The position numbers and the translations under genes were made by a program. The notes under the pieces were generated by a model that did not search any database, was not told the DNA's origin, and saw only the letters and a program-made list of their open reading frames with translations. Source: Chrysomallon squamiferum (taxonomy: Eukaryota; Animalia; Mollusca). From it: a stretch of DNA of 64,000 nucleotides. Shown piece by piece: positions 29,425 through 43,322 of this stretch (position 1 is its first letter; each line of letters opens with the position of its first letter). The stretch spans positions 1,240,001 to 1,304,000 of the forward strand of contig CM022666.1 in assembly GCA_012295275.1 (NCBI GenBank), read 5' to 3'.

Positions 29425-32400
29425 TCTGTTAGCAACAAATACTATGAAACCAAGACAGAATCTCATGCCATCACAATGCAAATTATTGGGGTTTTTTAAC
29501 TGATTTCTAGTTTTATCTAAACACCTAGGTTTAAGTACATATTAGAAATTGCTATAAAAATGTATTATTTAGTATGTATTTGTTTTTAAAAGCAGAGTAA
29601 AGATTAACATCTTTAATACTAGATCAAGTGCACACTGTATTGATTCCAACTTTTCATTTATCTCATAAAATTCTGCAATCATTTAAATTATACTATTATC
29701 TGCAATGATTTCTTCCACAGACTATGTAGTTTTGACTTTGAAAAGCACCTAAACTAGCAAACAATTAATTTTAGAATGATAAAATAGTAATGCAACTTGC
29801 ATGTTGAAGTATAAATGGTTGTTACATGTAAGGTAAAAACATGGTTTATACCCACTTTACAAAAATGAGACCAGTGTCTATCTAACAACCGAAACAGGCG
29901 ATTAAATTTTAAAAACAGACGAAACCCAAGCATCACTATATATTTACAGGAGATTTTATTACAGTCCAATGTACTTTAATTCTTAAAGTAGCAAATGTAC
30001 ATACTGTGGACATTAAAGATTTAATGTAACTCTAACTTGTGTTCTAACCCAAAAAAATATTTCTATAAATTACCTGGTATACATAGGTCCGATACCTGGT
30101 GCAAAACAATTGATTACTATTCTCTTTTTTTTTATCACAAGTGCAACATATGGCTACAAATTAATCTGTAACCTGTAGTGATATGTACAAATGTTATTTC
30201 GCATAGAAATCCATTATACAGCAGGAAATGTGCATTGATCATATTGTTCATTAACATTCATTCATTTACAAAAGAAAAATATACATTAAAGTAAAAAAAT
30301 AAACAGTACAGAGCAAAATGATTTTTTTTTTTGATTTTTTTTATGAATTCGTTTTGTGATAAGACAAAAGTAAGAAAATCATTATATTTATTTGAAAAAT
30401 CAAGGTAAATGTATAACAGCTGGGATTCCAGTGGTGATATCATTCAAGCTAGGATTCTGGGTCAAGTTTCTCACAAAATGTTTCCATCACAACAAGAACA
30501 ACAAGAACAACAACAAAAACAACAAGAACATTGGGGACAATCTTATTGTGACTTTTTATAAATAAATTCTAATATTACATGCATTTTGTTAAACAGTCAT
30601 TAGTATACCAGATACACATCTTTTGACATTCAGTGCTTACAAAGTTACATTAATTTTAATTTAAGTAATTCTTTGTGGAATAAATATTGTATTTTATTCT
30701 AGTCTACTGTCAGGTCAGTCTAAGGATGCTAGCATACGATATTACCATAACAACCTTTAATATGATTACAAGACTAGATAGGAATGTTATTAAAAATTGT
30801 GCAGCCAAGACAGAATGTCATTCTATTACAATGCAAATTATTTCTACAGACCCCACAGTTATCTAGTTGTTTTTCTGGGTTTTTTTTACGTATATATATT
30901 TTTTTTTTATAAAACTATAATATATATGCAACACCAAGCCATACCAAGTGCTTTCATTCTTGTGCTTTCTGACAGGAAATCATTATTAATATTGTTGCAC
31001 AGTAATAATTTTATATAAAATCTGTGAGAAATTTGCACTGTCTGCATTTGGTGAGGCCTTTGGGGGCCACATGACCGTTAGACAAACGATGATGTCTGCA
31101 TCTAATGTTCAAGTGAGTCTGTGCAAGTGTGCAAATTGCGTAGTGATGTAAGCCATCCATTACTGAAAAATAATGGGAGTGCTACAAGTACAGCAAGAGA
31201 GAATTAACAAATGTAATTTGATGTCGCATCAAGGCTTATCTCCACCAAGGATCTGTATTGTCATGAAACCTAATAATTAATGCACTGCAGTGGTGGAGCA
31301 TATGGACATGCAGTTGTTGTGGTTTCCCCACCCCACCCCACCCCCCTTTTAAGCAAAAGCTTGGAAGTGCAATACTGCTAGATTCGTTACTACCCACAGT
31401 CACACTGTCAGTGTGGTGCCTATTACAACCATCCTGCCAAACCCTAGCAAGCTGTGACATTAAACACACCCAAGTGCCTTATTTCACATAGTCAGGATTG
31501 ACATTTATGAATTTTCTTCCTGTTTACGATGAGAAAATATAACAGAAGTCTTCATGAATATACAGTCACATTCAGTTTTCATTAGGAAGTGAACTGACAG
31601 TAAATGATGTGTAAACACAACAAAACTAAATTTCATTTGCATATGTGCATTTATCTGTGTATTTGTTTGTGTGTTTATGTGAAAAGAAAAAGAGCATGAC
31701 AGAAAAAAAAAGAAAAAAAGAAGACAATTCAAAAGAAAGTGAAAGAAAAAAAATAACTGTAAAGTTTAATAACAATTTCTGAAACATTTTGAAAACTAAA
31801 TTAACTGAAATAGATATATATTATTAGACCTGCAAGAATGTCATTCAATATTTTAAAGGCACTAATCTCCAGATTTTATTGTATTACTATATCATGATTC
31901 AGATCAATGCATTGCCTGGATCTACAACTTATTTGTGGTCATCATTATGTAGTTATGCAAAATATTCACAAATAAACAAACAAACAAAAAATAAAGTCTA
32001 TATAAATATATAAAAAATAAATTTAAAAAATAGGAACACTCTGAGCTAAAATTAGTTTTAAATTTCTAAAGAAATAAAATACCTAGTTATGAATGAAAAA
32101 TGTATGTTTTAATTCTGTATGTGCCATCTTTTCATAGCTCATTTCCATCAGCAGTATATAAATGACTATCAAAAACAGATACAGTTAAGATAAATGCATC
32201 CACCTCATGTAGAAATTATATTCTTTTTACAGTTATGCTATGTACAGATACATGTCAGACATGCTTATACACTAGGAACAGTAATTACCATTTAAAGAAA
32301 TGGACAAAAGATGGGTGATTCAAAGTGTGTTTGGATAGATCAGCGAATACCTTTTGTGCTAGTCTCCATATATAACTATAATATTCAATCATTCATATAC

Positions 32401-35009
32401 AGTTATGTAATACAACAACAACAACAACAACAAATACAGTATTAATAATAACAATAATTATAATTATAAAGCTTTTTCATATTTCAAGAAATCTGGATCA
32501 AATCTAGAAAAATCACAAAACTGTAATGTCTGCCATTTCCCATTACAGACCAGCAACTGGTGATGTGACTGTCAGTTGTAAATATTTGTTACTAAAGCCA
32601 TTTTTTCATTATTATATAATTACTGAAGTATTTTGTGTGACTAGCAATGGCTTCTGTGGCTTTAAGAGGAAGAAGTGAGAAAAGAAAAAAGGTGCATCTT
32701 GGCTCAGAAGTGATACAATTTCTTAAATCAGACACTTCTGTTTATTGATCTTATATTATTACATTACTGTATTATATAGCTGTTATGTGTAGTAAAGTTT
32801 AATATTTTGGTACATTTTAGTCTTAATGTTTATAGTCTCAATGTCCCAGACTGGTATTCTCATGTATTAATCCTTGAAAGTAAAGGTCAACAGAAATTAT
32901 AATTATAAATAAATAAATCATGTTTTAAACACAATTTTTAATGTTCAAATACAAAATCATCTTCTCTGAGAAATAATGGATAAAAACATGATTGACAATT
33001 ACAAACTGTTCCTTTATGAATATCCCTAAAACATTTAAACTTTGATTTTTTTTTTTCACTATACATAGAGAAAGGAATGCTATTTATAGTAATGTGAAAC
33101 TACCTGTACCTGATGTCAAGCAGTATCATATAAATATCATAATATAATAAAGAATCAATCATTTTCAATGACTTCATGTGAATCAACACCTATCAGCAAT
33201 GGCCAGATTCATATATATATATATATTCATGTATGTATGTTAGATCTATTTTCATATCCCAAAGATTTAGAAACAAATTTATCTGTTTGCTTTTCAAACA
33301 AAATTATTTTATCATTTACACATCATGCATTCAATAATAATATTATAGCAATTTTAATTTTTCATATATGTATTAAAGTAAGCTTTGATCACAAGAAAGT
33401 AAATAAAGGATTCCAGTTGAAACATCAATATCACTATGAACAAATTCTGATTACATTCAATTGTCAGTCCTAGGGGAACCAAAACCAATCAAACTACACG
33501 TCCAGACAAATCCAAATGAAATTCTCAAATTATCTCTCATGGCACAATGTGCCACAAGTAATTTGTCACCTGTTCACTAAGAAATCCAGATGGAATTCTT
33601 CTTTAATAAATCAAGAATTTCATTTTCTTTAATTTGTTTCAATAACACCCCTCCACAAATTAAAAACCAAAATTAAATCTTTATTTTTTTTTTTTTTTTA
33701 CAGATCTATACTGTAGCTTTAGTCACAAATTTAAGCCATACAAAAATTTGTATTTATTAGTTTAAGTAAATAAATAAATAATTAATAATTAAACAGCATG
33801 TGAAAGAAAACTATTAATTTAAAATATTGGTCCTGTGTTTAAATACTTAGTAATATGAAAGAGTTCAAAACTATTGATATTTATCAAAATCTTTACATAC
33901 TTTGAAGCTGGGTTAAAACAACAAGGAGGGCATAAAATTCAATAAAAAAAAGTAATTTGATATCTCTGGAATGAAAAACAAAACAAAAACAACAAAAGAA
34001 AATGTATAAGATGTCTACTGCACAAAAGAAAAGTATTATATACAGCTTCAAACAACCAATAAGTCAACGAATATTGTTCAAAATAAATGAAGTTTTAAAA
34101 CCTTTGTTGTGATATCAGATAACTGTAATATATACTGACATAATTTTCAAACATATATTTTTCATTAGACTTAATATATATGATCCAAACAACACCCTTA
34201 AATGAAATACCAATTGTAACAAAACCTTTTTTTTATCATTAATAACACTTGGAAGCAGGGACAAATGAATGAAATCTTTCTTTTTTAAATCTAATAATTT
34301 TTCTAAATATGAAAGTGCAATAATCATAATAATCTTTTTGTAAGTGATAATAATTAACTATCGAAATGTTATTCCAATTAGAAAAATATGATTACAGAAA
34401 TGTCACATATTAGCTTTCTCTATATAATTATAATAATAATAAATATAACAATAATAATAAATAAATATAACAATAATAATATACATATATAATAAGAATT
34501 TCTAAAAGGTTAAGATCTAGATCTATATATTTCTGGATTTGTGATTAATCACTGAAAATGCACATGCATAAAAATCAATATAAAACCAATATAAGAGAAA
34601 GAGGTAGGCTTCATATTTCATCATCTAAGTATATTGTAAAAAGAAAATGCCATATAACACATTGGTAGTCATTGTATAATCGATGTCAGAAACCAGGTGT
34701 TAAATATGAAGTCATTAAATGCAAGTCACAGATCTATATGTAATGTTTGCACAGATATCTTTATTCAAATCAATACATTACATGTGATATGCTTATTAAC
34801 ACTAGTAAGTATGAAGGCAAGGTATATTGTGAAGAATATATTAAATTAGCAGGTTATTTAACAGTTCTTTCATACCATTGTTTCTTATAAAAAATTAGAA
34901 TGGGCTTTAGTTCAGTAATTTAGAGACAGATTTCCCTACCCCAAGTATATTTCTTGTACCAACCTGTTTTAATGGCTGTGATTTATGCTTTCATGTCTGT
35001 CAGTATGTA

Positions 35010-35053
<44 letters not shown>

Positions 35054-35608
35054 GTATATATATTTATATACACACACACACACACACAGATAGATAATAG
35101 ATATGTTAAACATTTCTTTCATTAAGTAATAGAAATTACTGTGTATCAGTGGTGGATTTCAATAAACTGACTACTATGTCTTACAAGATTGTCATGAATA
35201 TCATGAGTAAATTGACAATAATGGAGAAATAATCAAACTATTAAATTATGTTTCTTTGCAATATTCAATTTGTAACAGTGATATAAAAATAAATAAATGT
35301 ACTACTAATGCTGGTAAAGAATTTTAGAAAGTTAAATGGTGTTCACACCCACACACTCACAGTTGGACTGTAGATTTATGTTTAGTTTCTGAGTATGTAC
35401 AAGAACATTTCTTTGAATGGTAAAATGAATTCTTCTCTGAATGGTAAAAATTGATAATTATTTATAAATAATATTTTTCCTGGGAAAATTTGTTATAAAC
35501 CATGGGAATTCAAATATACATTTGTTTTTTGTTTTTTAAATATAATTTTGCCTAAAACTATTCAACAATTCATTTTATTCTATAAACTTTAATTAACAAC
35601 ATACACAC

Positions 35609-35682
35609 CTTGTTCCTTGTTTTTTCTGTGCTTCATCTGTAGAACTCTCCATTGGTCCATTTTCACCTTCATTGGAGGCCAT
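35609..35682 (-). CDS. ARRB1: Beta-arrestin coding exon 1
   Basis: caaaATGGCC start; MASNEGENGPMESSTDEAQKKQGT + AG|gtgtgt. Phase 2 joins exon 2 to give the canonical GTRVFKK. Confidence 0.9.
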
Positions 35683-35699
35683 TTTGGGGGGTGGAACTG

Positions 35700-36310
35700 C
35701 TTTGTAAACAGTCAGTATCCCGTGCCGAGATTGGTAAACCCGTCTTTTAGCAAGAGTTTATTATAATGCTGGGGTAATGCTAAAGAATTAAATCGAGCTG
35801 TCAGATCAACAAATGCACGAGATATATATTACAAAACCTGGGAAACGTTTTTCACAATGATCAATGCAAACGATTCAATAGATCATTCCTTATTCTGAAA
35901 TGCTTCGCATAATCCGCCAAATCTTTAGACCGCTAAGCCTACGAGATAATTTACAGACTTGCAGTTTCGCCTTGTTGAAATCATGGCGGATCAGGCTGTG
36001 AACAACAGAGTAACGCAGAGTATTCTATGGTTCCACTGCAACAGGAAGAATTACCACAGCTTTGATTCGCAGAGCACACTCTGAAAGAATCGGCCGTGTT
36101 AACAACCTTTTAGCCGAATGCCAGTCGTGGGAGCTATTCGCGAATGAATTGTCTCCACTGACGTTTTTGACTAAATAACTGCATCAAACGGAAGCAAACG
36201 GAGCCGATGTTGTTAATGCGACAAATCACGTGACTGACCTACTTTACCTTTTCAGACGTCACACGGAATTTCCATGTTCGTCTGCTAGCTATAGGGAATC
36301 CCTCTTTTAT
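35700..36310 (-). promoter_or_regulatory. CpG-rich 5'UTR/promoter region of the beta-arrestin gene
   Basis: Sharp local rise in CpG relative to the CpG-depleted introns. Contains TCACGTGAC E-box (~36226), GACGTCA CRE-like site (~36255), GGGAATCCC (~36294) and a minus-strand donor GAAAAG|gtaaag at 36247 that could end a short non-coding first exon. Confidence 0.55.
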
Positions 36311-36493
36311 TTATTCGATTTTTAATATGATATCATTCTTATTTATATATCATTATTAAAATAAAACAAGCATATGCATATACGATAAATGAAAATAATA
36401 TTTACATCAAAATTTAAGATAATTAATTAACAGGAAGTCTAATGAAGGTAATTAGGAGGATTTTTTAGCTCACAATAAAATTCATTCTTTGTA

Positions 36494-36586
<93 letters not shown>

Positions 36587-38409
36587 CTGTCTGTATATCT
36601 CCATCTGTGAAGATACCTCTTTCTTATAAACATATTATATATACGTATAATTAAACAAATAAGCACACATTATGCACACAGACAGACACACACATAAGAT
36701 GTACAAACAGAAATAAACTGTTAAATAAATAAATAAATAAGTAATGTTTGTATTGTAACTGCGCTTGTTCTTTGATGAATATGTACATTTAAATTTTTTA
36801 TTTTTTTATTTTTTGAAGTATAGTATTAAAACAATAATTAAAGAAGTAAGCATGGAAATAAATACATAAATAAATATATATATATAATACTTAAACAGAA
36901 GCACAAGTAAAGAGTATTACTATCTCAAACCTACAATAAATAATAATAATAACAACAATAATACTAATACTTACTGTATTTTTGATCTATGCTCCATATC
37001 CCTCACAAATAGCTTTTTCCCCCCACTTTTTAAATTTCAGTTTACTTTAACTTTTTTCTTTTCACTTTCATGTTGTGGACAAAATATTTATCATCATGGC
37101 GTAGCTTAAGTCCTTTTTAAAAAATAATTAATTATTTATAAATTAAATTTCTTTGTTGTTTGCTTTTTTAAAATATAAATGTAGAGGCAAGTCATTCAAG
37201 AACAAAAATTCAATATATTTTCAGTAGTTGTTGATATCAGTTCATGAAGTCCATGCCAAACAGAATAGCACCTAATATCGTTTGAGAGTTTTAAAGTAGA
37301 ACTGTTGTGTCGTTGTCGTAGCTGCCGTAACGAACCAAACAGAATACAGCATCTAAGATCTTTAGGGAATTTTAAAGCAGAAATTCCAACATAACCAAAG
37401 CCTACGGTTTCACTGATAAATATATTTGGCCGGACGTTCACCGTAATGTACACACGTAAAGGAGGGCGTGAATGGTATGACTCACGTGTATGTACACAGA
37501 TACTAAATTAAACCTTTCTTATTTTAATTACAGGTGCACTTAACCTTTAACTCTCAAAATGAAATTTTATTTTAATTTTTTTTTTAATCCTAAAGTATTT
37601 TTTAATATCCCTACGTACATGTGATTTTAATGCGCTTGTTTTATATTTATTTTATTTAAATAATTATATCAAAATTTGTGTGTTTATTTTACTTGTTAAA
37701 TAACACAGTGGCATCCGTTTTTTGAGAAAGTGTTGAAAGGGATCAATTTTGATAATAAAGGGAAAACACCGAGTAATGGTTAGTTTGAGCGGAGTTTATC
37801 TTCCTCCATTCGATAAGTTTCTAGAAAATAAGATCTTACTGGATGGCGTCTGAATCTATTAAAAATAAATAAAAAAATAAAAAAAATAATATATTCGAAC
37901 ATTTTTAATTTGTTCTGTTGCATCTGGACGTTTAGATATTATCACAGATTATTTCTGATCAAAGCATGAGGAACAATAATTTTATTTGTTTGTTTATTTC
38001 AAATGTGGAATAAGAACGGAATTAAACTTACTATACGAATTATGTAATGACTTACTGAATTTGTAATTTTATATTATTTATTTATTTATTTGTTGTTATT
38101 GTTCTATTATTGTTCTTTTCTTCTTTTCTTTTTTATTATTTCTGTAAACAAAACTGTCTATTTCTTTGATTTCTGGTTTATCATTTATTTATTTATTAGC
38201 TAGTTTGTTTGCTAATTAATTAATTAAAATTAATATTTTATTTTATTTATTTTGTTAAATTTTTTGGAGGGTAGTGGGAAGTATTCATTTTGGATCTTCC
38301 ATAATCCTTTATTTTAAAAAAGGGAGGTTCGGTGTCCTCAAATAAATTGTTAAAACAAAAAGAAAATAAGATTTAATCTTATACTGTTAGCGCGTTAAAC
38401 AGAAGGAGA

Positions 38410-38665
38410 GGTGGGAAAGACTGCTCAGTAGTTAAACTGCTTGACTGAAATATAAGTTTCAGGATCAGTTCTTGCCATAAGGTCAGTCTGAGGCAGCGCC
38501 CTGAAATGTCATAAAACTATGTTGTTTTTTTTTGTTTTTTTTTCTGTTTTGGGGTAGGTAAAAATAGAAGAATATAATCGAAAAAAAAGAAAAAAAAAAA
38601 AAAAAAGGGATTTCCTGGAAGAAAAAAAAAAAAAATTAAAAGTGATTTCAGGTGTCGTTAATTAG
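38410..38665 (+). mobile_element. Probable decayed tRNA-derived SINE
   Basis: Degenerate A box (GCTCAGTAGTTAAA) and B-box-like GGATCAGTTC at tRNA-like spacing, ending GGTGTCGTTAA; no intact cloverleaf. Confidence 0.4.
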
Positions 38666-39204
38666 TGCATAATTACAGAAACTTATTCGATTTGGAATTA
38701 CTATAATTTAACTTAAAGTTGGTATAAAACAAGATTAAAAACATTTTGATCTGTAACTGTTAAAGTTCAGATTCTTTAAAGTATATTAGATTAAAATCCA
38801 ACTGTCGTTCACTGATAACTGGCTCTCGTCTATTCATTTTTCGCATGAAGAAAATATCTTAACAGATTATTGAATTTTGGGGCCTACATCGGATATCACG
38901 CTATTAGAAACCTGTTTAATTTCATTACATTCTACACGTCTGCGAATATAATCATATATATTTACTAAGTCCTTTGGCCTTGAATGAGTAAACTATCATT
39001 TAATCATTGACTTTGATATACTGCAGAGAATGTTTGAATAATATGCTGTGCTAAATTGACAAGATAAACAAAATACCAGATTGCTTTAGTATACACAAAA
39101 GAATTTATCTCAAGCAGCTAATATCCTATAACGAGTTAAACACACACATATTGTTCAGCAGATCTCCCCCATATCATTTCTTCATCTGACGTCTGTTGAA
39201 AATC

Positions 39205-39349
39205 ATGGCATCAAGAAAGCGACTTGTCTATGGATTTTTCTTAGTGTTGTTAATTATTCTAGTAATTTTGGTTAGTCTTCTTATATATGCATTTACTAGA
39301 TATGGTAACTGCAATGCATCTTCTAATTTGTCTTCTGAAATTAACGATG
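39205..39349 (+). CDS. FAM151A: FAM151A/menorin-like exon 1 (type II signal anchor)
   Basis: aatcATGGCA; MASRKRLVYGFFLVLLIILVILVSLLIYAFTRYGNCNASSNLSSEIND + G|gtaagt. Basic residues followed by a ~23-aa hydrophobic span; phase 1 fits exon 2. Confidence 0.85.
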
Positions 39350-40717
39350 GTAAGTAATTTCTTAATACCCATTATTATGTCGCAAACATATTTCATGTAA
39401 AATAATGGACACACACACACACACACACACATGAGAAATAAATGTAGCAATATTTTTTTGTCGTTAACTAATAGGTAAAATACCAAAAGAAAAACTATGA
39501 TAAAAGGATAGCACCATTAAATTTAAATTAATATTATTTTGAAACTGGATTATGACATGGATTGTATATATTTCCTAAAAACGTCCTAATTATACTGTTG
39601 AATTCAGATTCTTTTTCCACGTAATGTTTAGGTTGGATGAAACAAATACTTTAAGAGAAAACCGATATATTTTATCACTGAAAAGAAACCACAGCCTCAA
39701 TTTGCAAATGAAATTCGTCAGCACAATACAGATAAGCGAGTGAAGGAAATATTATTGTTACGAGTTATTTCCCTTGAATTAGTAGTTTGCTTTTAGCAAA
39801 CCAAAACATCCGGTTTACTCCAGGTGATTGTAAGCGGAGAAAGGGTTTGGGCATAATACAGTTTAAAATGCAACGTTGTGAGAAAAAGGACAAAGATGAG
39901 TACGGAACTGAACCGAAACGCATCTGTTTATCAAAAGAAGGTAAACTTATGAAAAAAAAAGAAGTCTGACAACACACATCTTTTTGAAATCAGACAGATA
40001 ATATTCCAATTTCTATCATCTATCAAAAGTATCATTCTATGCATCCGGAAATTAGACTTTTCGTTCGAGTCGAAGACAAGAACGACTTTATGACAAGCAA
40101 CTAGACTGTTTGCTCTTCACAATAAATCTTTGTCTTGTTTACTAACATTTTAAAGAAAAGTCGGTCTGTTGTTGCTAAGACACAATATAGAAAGTTTTCA
40201 CTAGCTGTATAATGTATTGCAGTTTGTTGTTTTTATTTGCCAGAGAACAACATCTAGATGTTTGTTGCAGGTGGCAGCTCATGATGTAATATAATTAAAC
40301 ATGGTAATACAAGTCTCAGATCTTAAGTTCAGTACGTTTAGGGATAACATGCTGGCAGTGTGTGTCAATATAAGGTTTCATTTACTAAGAAATATCTGAT
40401 GCTAATGATCTTATTTCACTAAACCTTGGATGTTATTAGTAATACTGTGCAAACACCCCAAACTTGTTAATCTTTTCCTAAAAAACAACAACAAAAAAAC
40501 CCACATATTTATATGTGTGTGTGTGTGCATATAAGTGAATATTATAATTGGTGTGAAACCAGTTATAAATCAATTTGATTGAAATTTGAATTTAAATAGA
40601 ATCTTATATATATATAATCATCTTTGGAAATTAGTTTTAGAAATGAATTTATGATTATGCACACTTTGATGCTAAATCAGCCAAGGTAATTTTATACTTC
40701 ATGATTGTATATTACAG

Positions 40718-40828
40718 GAGATATAATTTCCCCACTGGATTTCTTTGAAGTAGCTGATGCCTTGGATATTAAATGGTATCATGGCACAAACACGAAGTCA
40801 CAACTAAATGAAGCACTGGATCCAAAAA
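40718..40828 (+). CDS. FAM151A: FAM151A-like exon 2
   Basis: tacag|GA GAT ATA...CCA AAA A|gtaaat = DIISPLDFFEVADALDIKWYHGTNTKSQLNEALDPK; family W-x-H-x-x-N motif. Confidence 0.92.
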
Positions 40829-41191
40829 GTAAATATATAAAAAAAAATATTTATAATTTTATTCATAATAGCATACAGAACTCTGTTATAACTAAAATGA
40901 GAAGAAATAACTTATTATATTCATATATGCTCATATTTGTAATACAAAATTTATTCTATATAAATATATACAAATATACTACTACTACTACTACTACTAA
41001 GAATAACAATGTAACTAATCTTAGTAACTTTCGGTGAGTTCCAATTCCATTTACATTACTAACAGGCTTATTCAACCATATTTGAGATTTGTATTGTGAG
41101 GTTGAAAACAATGTTTTTAAATTACAATTATGTGATGCTGTTGGTTTTTTTAATTATTTTTTTAAATTTATTTCATTGATGATTATTATTA

Positions 41192-41813
41192 AAATTTCCT
41201 TAATGGTTACATGACGTTGATTATATACTTTTTAATTTCTATAAGTTATGTGATGTTGGTTATATATTTTTTGATTTCTAGATCGTTACATAACATTGGT
41301 TATGTATTTTTAATTTCTAAAAATTATGTGATATTGGTTATATATACTTTAAATTTCAAAATGGTTACATAATGTTGGTTACATATTATTTGAATTTCTA
41401 AATGGTTACATAATGTTGATTATATATATTTTAAATTTCTAAATGGTTACATAATGTTGGTTATATATATTTTATAACTTCTAAATGGTTATATGATGTT
41501 GGTTATATATTTTTTAATTTCTAAATGGTTACATAATGTTGATTATATATATTTTTAATTTCTAGATGGTTACATATATTTTATAACTTCTAAATGATTA
41601 CATAATGTTGATTATATATATTTTAAAGTTCTAAATGGTTACATAATGTTGGTTATATGTATTTTATAACTTCTAAATGGTTACATGTTGGTTATATATA
41701 TTTTATAACTTCTAGATGGTTACATGTTGGTTATATGTATTTTAAATTTCTAAATGTTTACATGATGTTGGTTATATATATTTTATAACTTCTAGATGGT
41801 TACATGATGCTGG
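41192..41813 (+). repeat. ~40-bp minisatellite, ~16 copies, overlapping the FAM151A exon 3 acceptor
   Basis: Unit approx. TTATATATATTTTATAACTTCTA(A/G)ATGGTTACAT(A/G)ATGTTGG; the last copy is the real intron/exon junction. Confidence 0.95.
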
Positions 41814-41968
41814 AGGCTGATGTAATTCTTCGTTTTCAAGGACTTCCAAATCAGACTGACCTCCCTGTGATGGCTCACCCCCCAGCCACTGACAGTGACC
41901 TCACGCTTGACACCTGGTTAGACAGAGTAATTGCAGATGGTTGTCATGGAATCAAACTCGATTTTAAG
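41796..41968 (+). CDS. FAM151A: FAM151A-like exon 3
   Basis: ttctag|AT GGT TAC ATG ATG CTG GAG GCT GAT...TTT AAG|gtgttt = GYMMLEADVILR...PVMAHPPATDSDLTLDTWL...GIKLDFK. Confidence 0.94.
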
Positions 41969-42525
41969 GTGTTTTGAAATCTTCTGATCTTGCATTAGAA
42001 AGCTCTGTTTCATTCAGGTTTTATGAGTGATCTTGTTAGGCTGACGATTATGATAATGAGTATATACTGGTTTTAAATACAGTAGAGACAGGTTGCAATT
42101 CTTTTCACATGCTCAGTTTTCCCCATTTCATTCTCTGTCCTGTGACTGACTGTATCAAAATATACACTGCATGTTTTCCTGGCTGTAATAAACATCTAAT
42201 ATCCCTTACTCAAGTTACCGTTTTTCAGTAAGAGTAATAATGACTTGCTAAATCACACACACACACACACTATCACAAAAAACTCCACTAACAAAATACT
42301 ATTGTCTGCTATTACTGAGGAGTTGCCTATGAAGTTTAGAAATTATTTAGGTGTATTATTTTTATTATCATTAAAACAGAATTGTTATTTTTATATATCA
42401 CAACACCAGTTGTTCAAACATATTATGAATGTCATGATTAGGTATCAGTAGTGTTATTATTGACATCATCATCATTATTACTGTTTTTATAATGTTGTTA
42501 TTATTTTTATTTTTATGTTAACTAG

Positions 42526-42653
42526 AGTGTAGATGCTGTAGCTCCAGCTCTAACTCGTGTTGCAGAACGAAGTAGAAAACTGCGATGTCCAGTTTGGGTG
42601 AATGCAGACACAGTCACAGGACCTGGGGGTGGAGCCCCTATCAACCACAATAA
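42526..42653 (+). CDS. FAM151A: FAM151A-like exon 4
   Basis: actag|AGT GTA GAT...AAT AA|gtaaaa = SVDAVAPALTRVAERSRKLRCPVWVNADTVTGPGGGAPINHN; 128 bp, phase 0 in, phase 2 out. Confidence 0.92.
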
Positions 42654-43322
42654 GTAAAAATACACTTAAATGTCCATACGGTGGTATTTTGGGCGATATT
42701 GATTTTCTAAATTACTAGAATGTTCTAAAAGGTAAAATTTAGCAGTATAGAAAATTACAAACCATTATAGCCTTCTACTTTTTAGCACTATTAAATAATG
42801 TGTTACTCAGTACTGTAACTGTCTAATACGCAATTTATTTATATTATTTTTACTTTTGTTTGTTGTAACATATAACATTCTAATACAAAATGTAACTTGC
42901 AAATAAAATAATTTAAAATTATAGTATAGATAACAGAGTAAATATCTATTCATTATATTTTAAACGAAAAAAAGAAAAAGAAGAAAAGATTTATACCTGA
43001 TAGGAAATGAAATGCATAGATGCTGATTTAACAAGAACAAAATTAAATATGAAGATGATTATGTGAAAGAGGAAGTGCTAATGATAACAACAACAATAAA
43101 AATCAAATGTAATGATGATAATGATGACAATGACATTAATAGTAATAATAATAATAATATCATTAACAATAATAACAATATTATTACAAATATAATAATA
43201 TTAAAAAAATAATCATCATAATAATAACGTAAGAATATTCAAAATAACTTAGTAAACAGTCATTAAAAGTAAATTAGTAAATAATAAAAATGTATAATTC
43301 TCAACATAACTCGTCATTTAAG

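Noticed and set aside
30074-30095. Alternative arrestin start or micro-exon (ATG TAT ACC AG|gtaatt giving MYTR-VFKK)
   Set aside because: Phase fits, but the Kozak context is weak and there is no promoter signature; expected by chance in an 18-kb intron.
33104-33129. Alternative arrestin first exon MILLDIRY(R)
   Set aside because: Weak donors (gtagtt/gtacag) and no supporting context.
35983-36084. Plus-strand short ORF MADQAVNNRV... in the arrestin promoter region
   Set aside because: Only ~33 codons, no recognisable homology; ATGGCGG here is more likely a YY1-like promoter motif.
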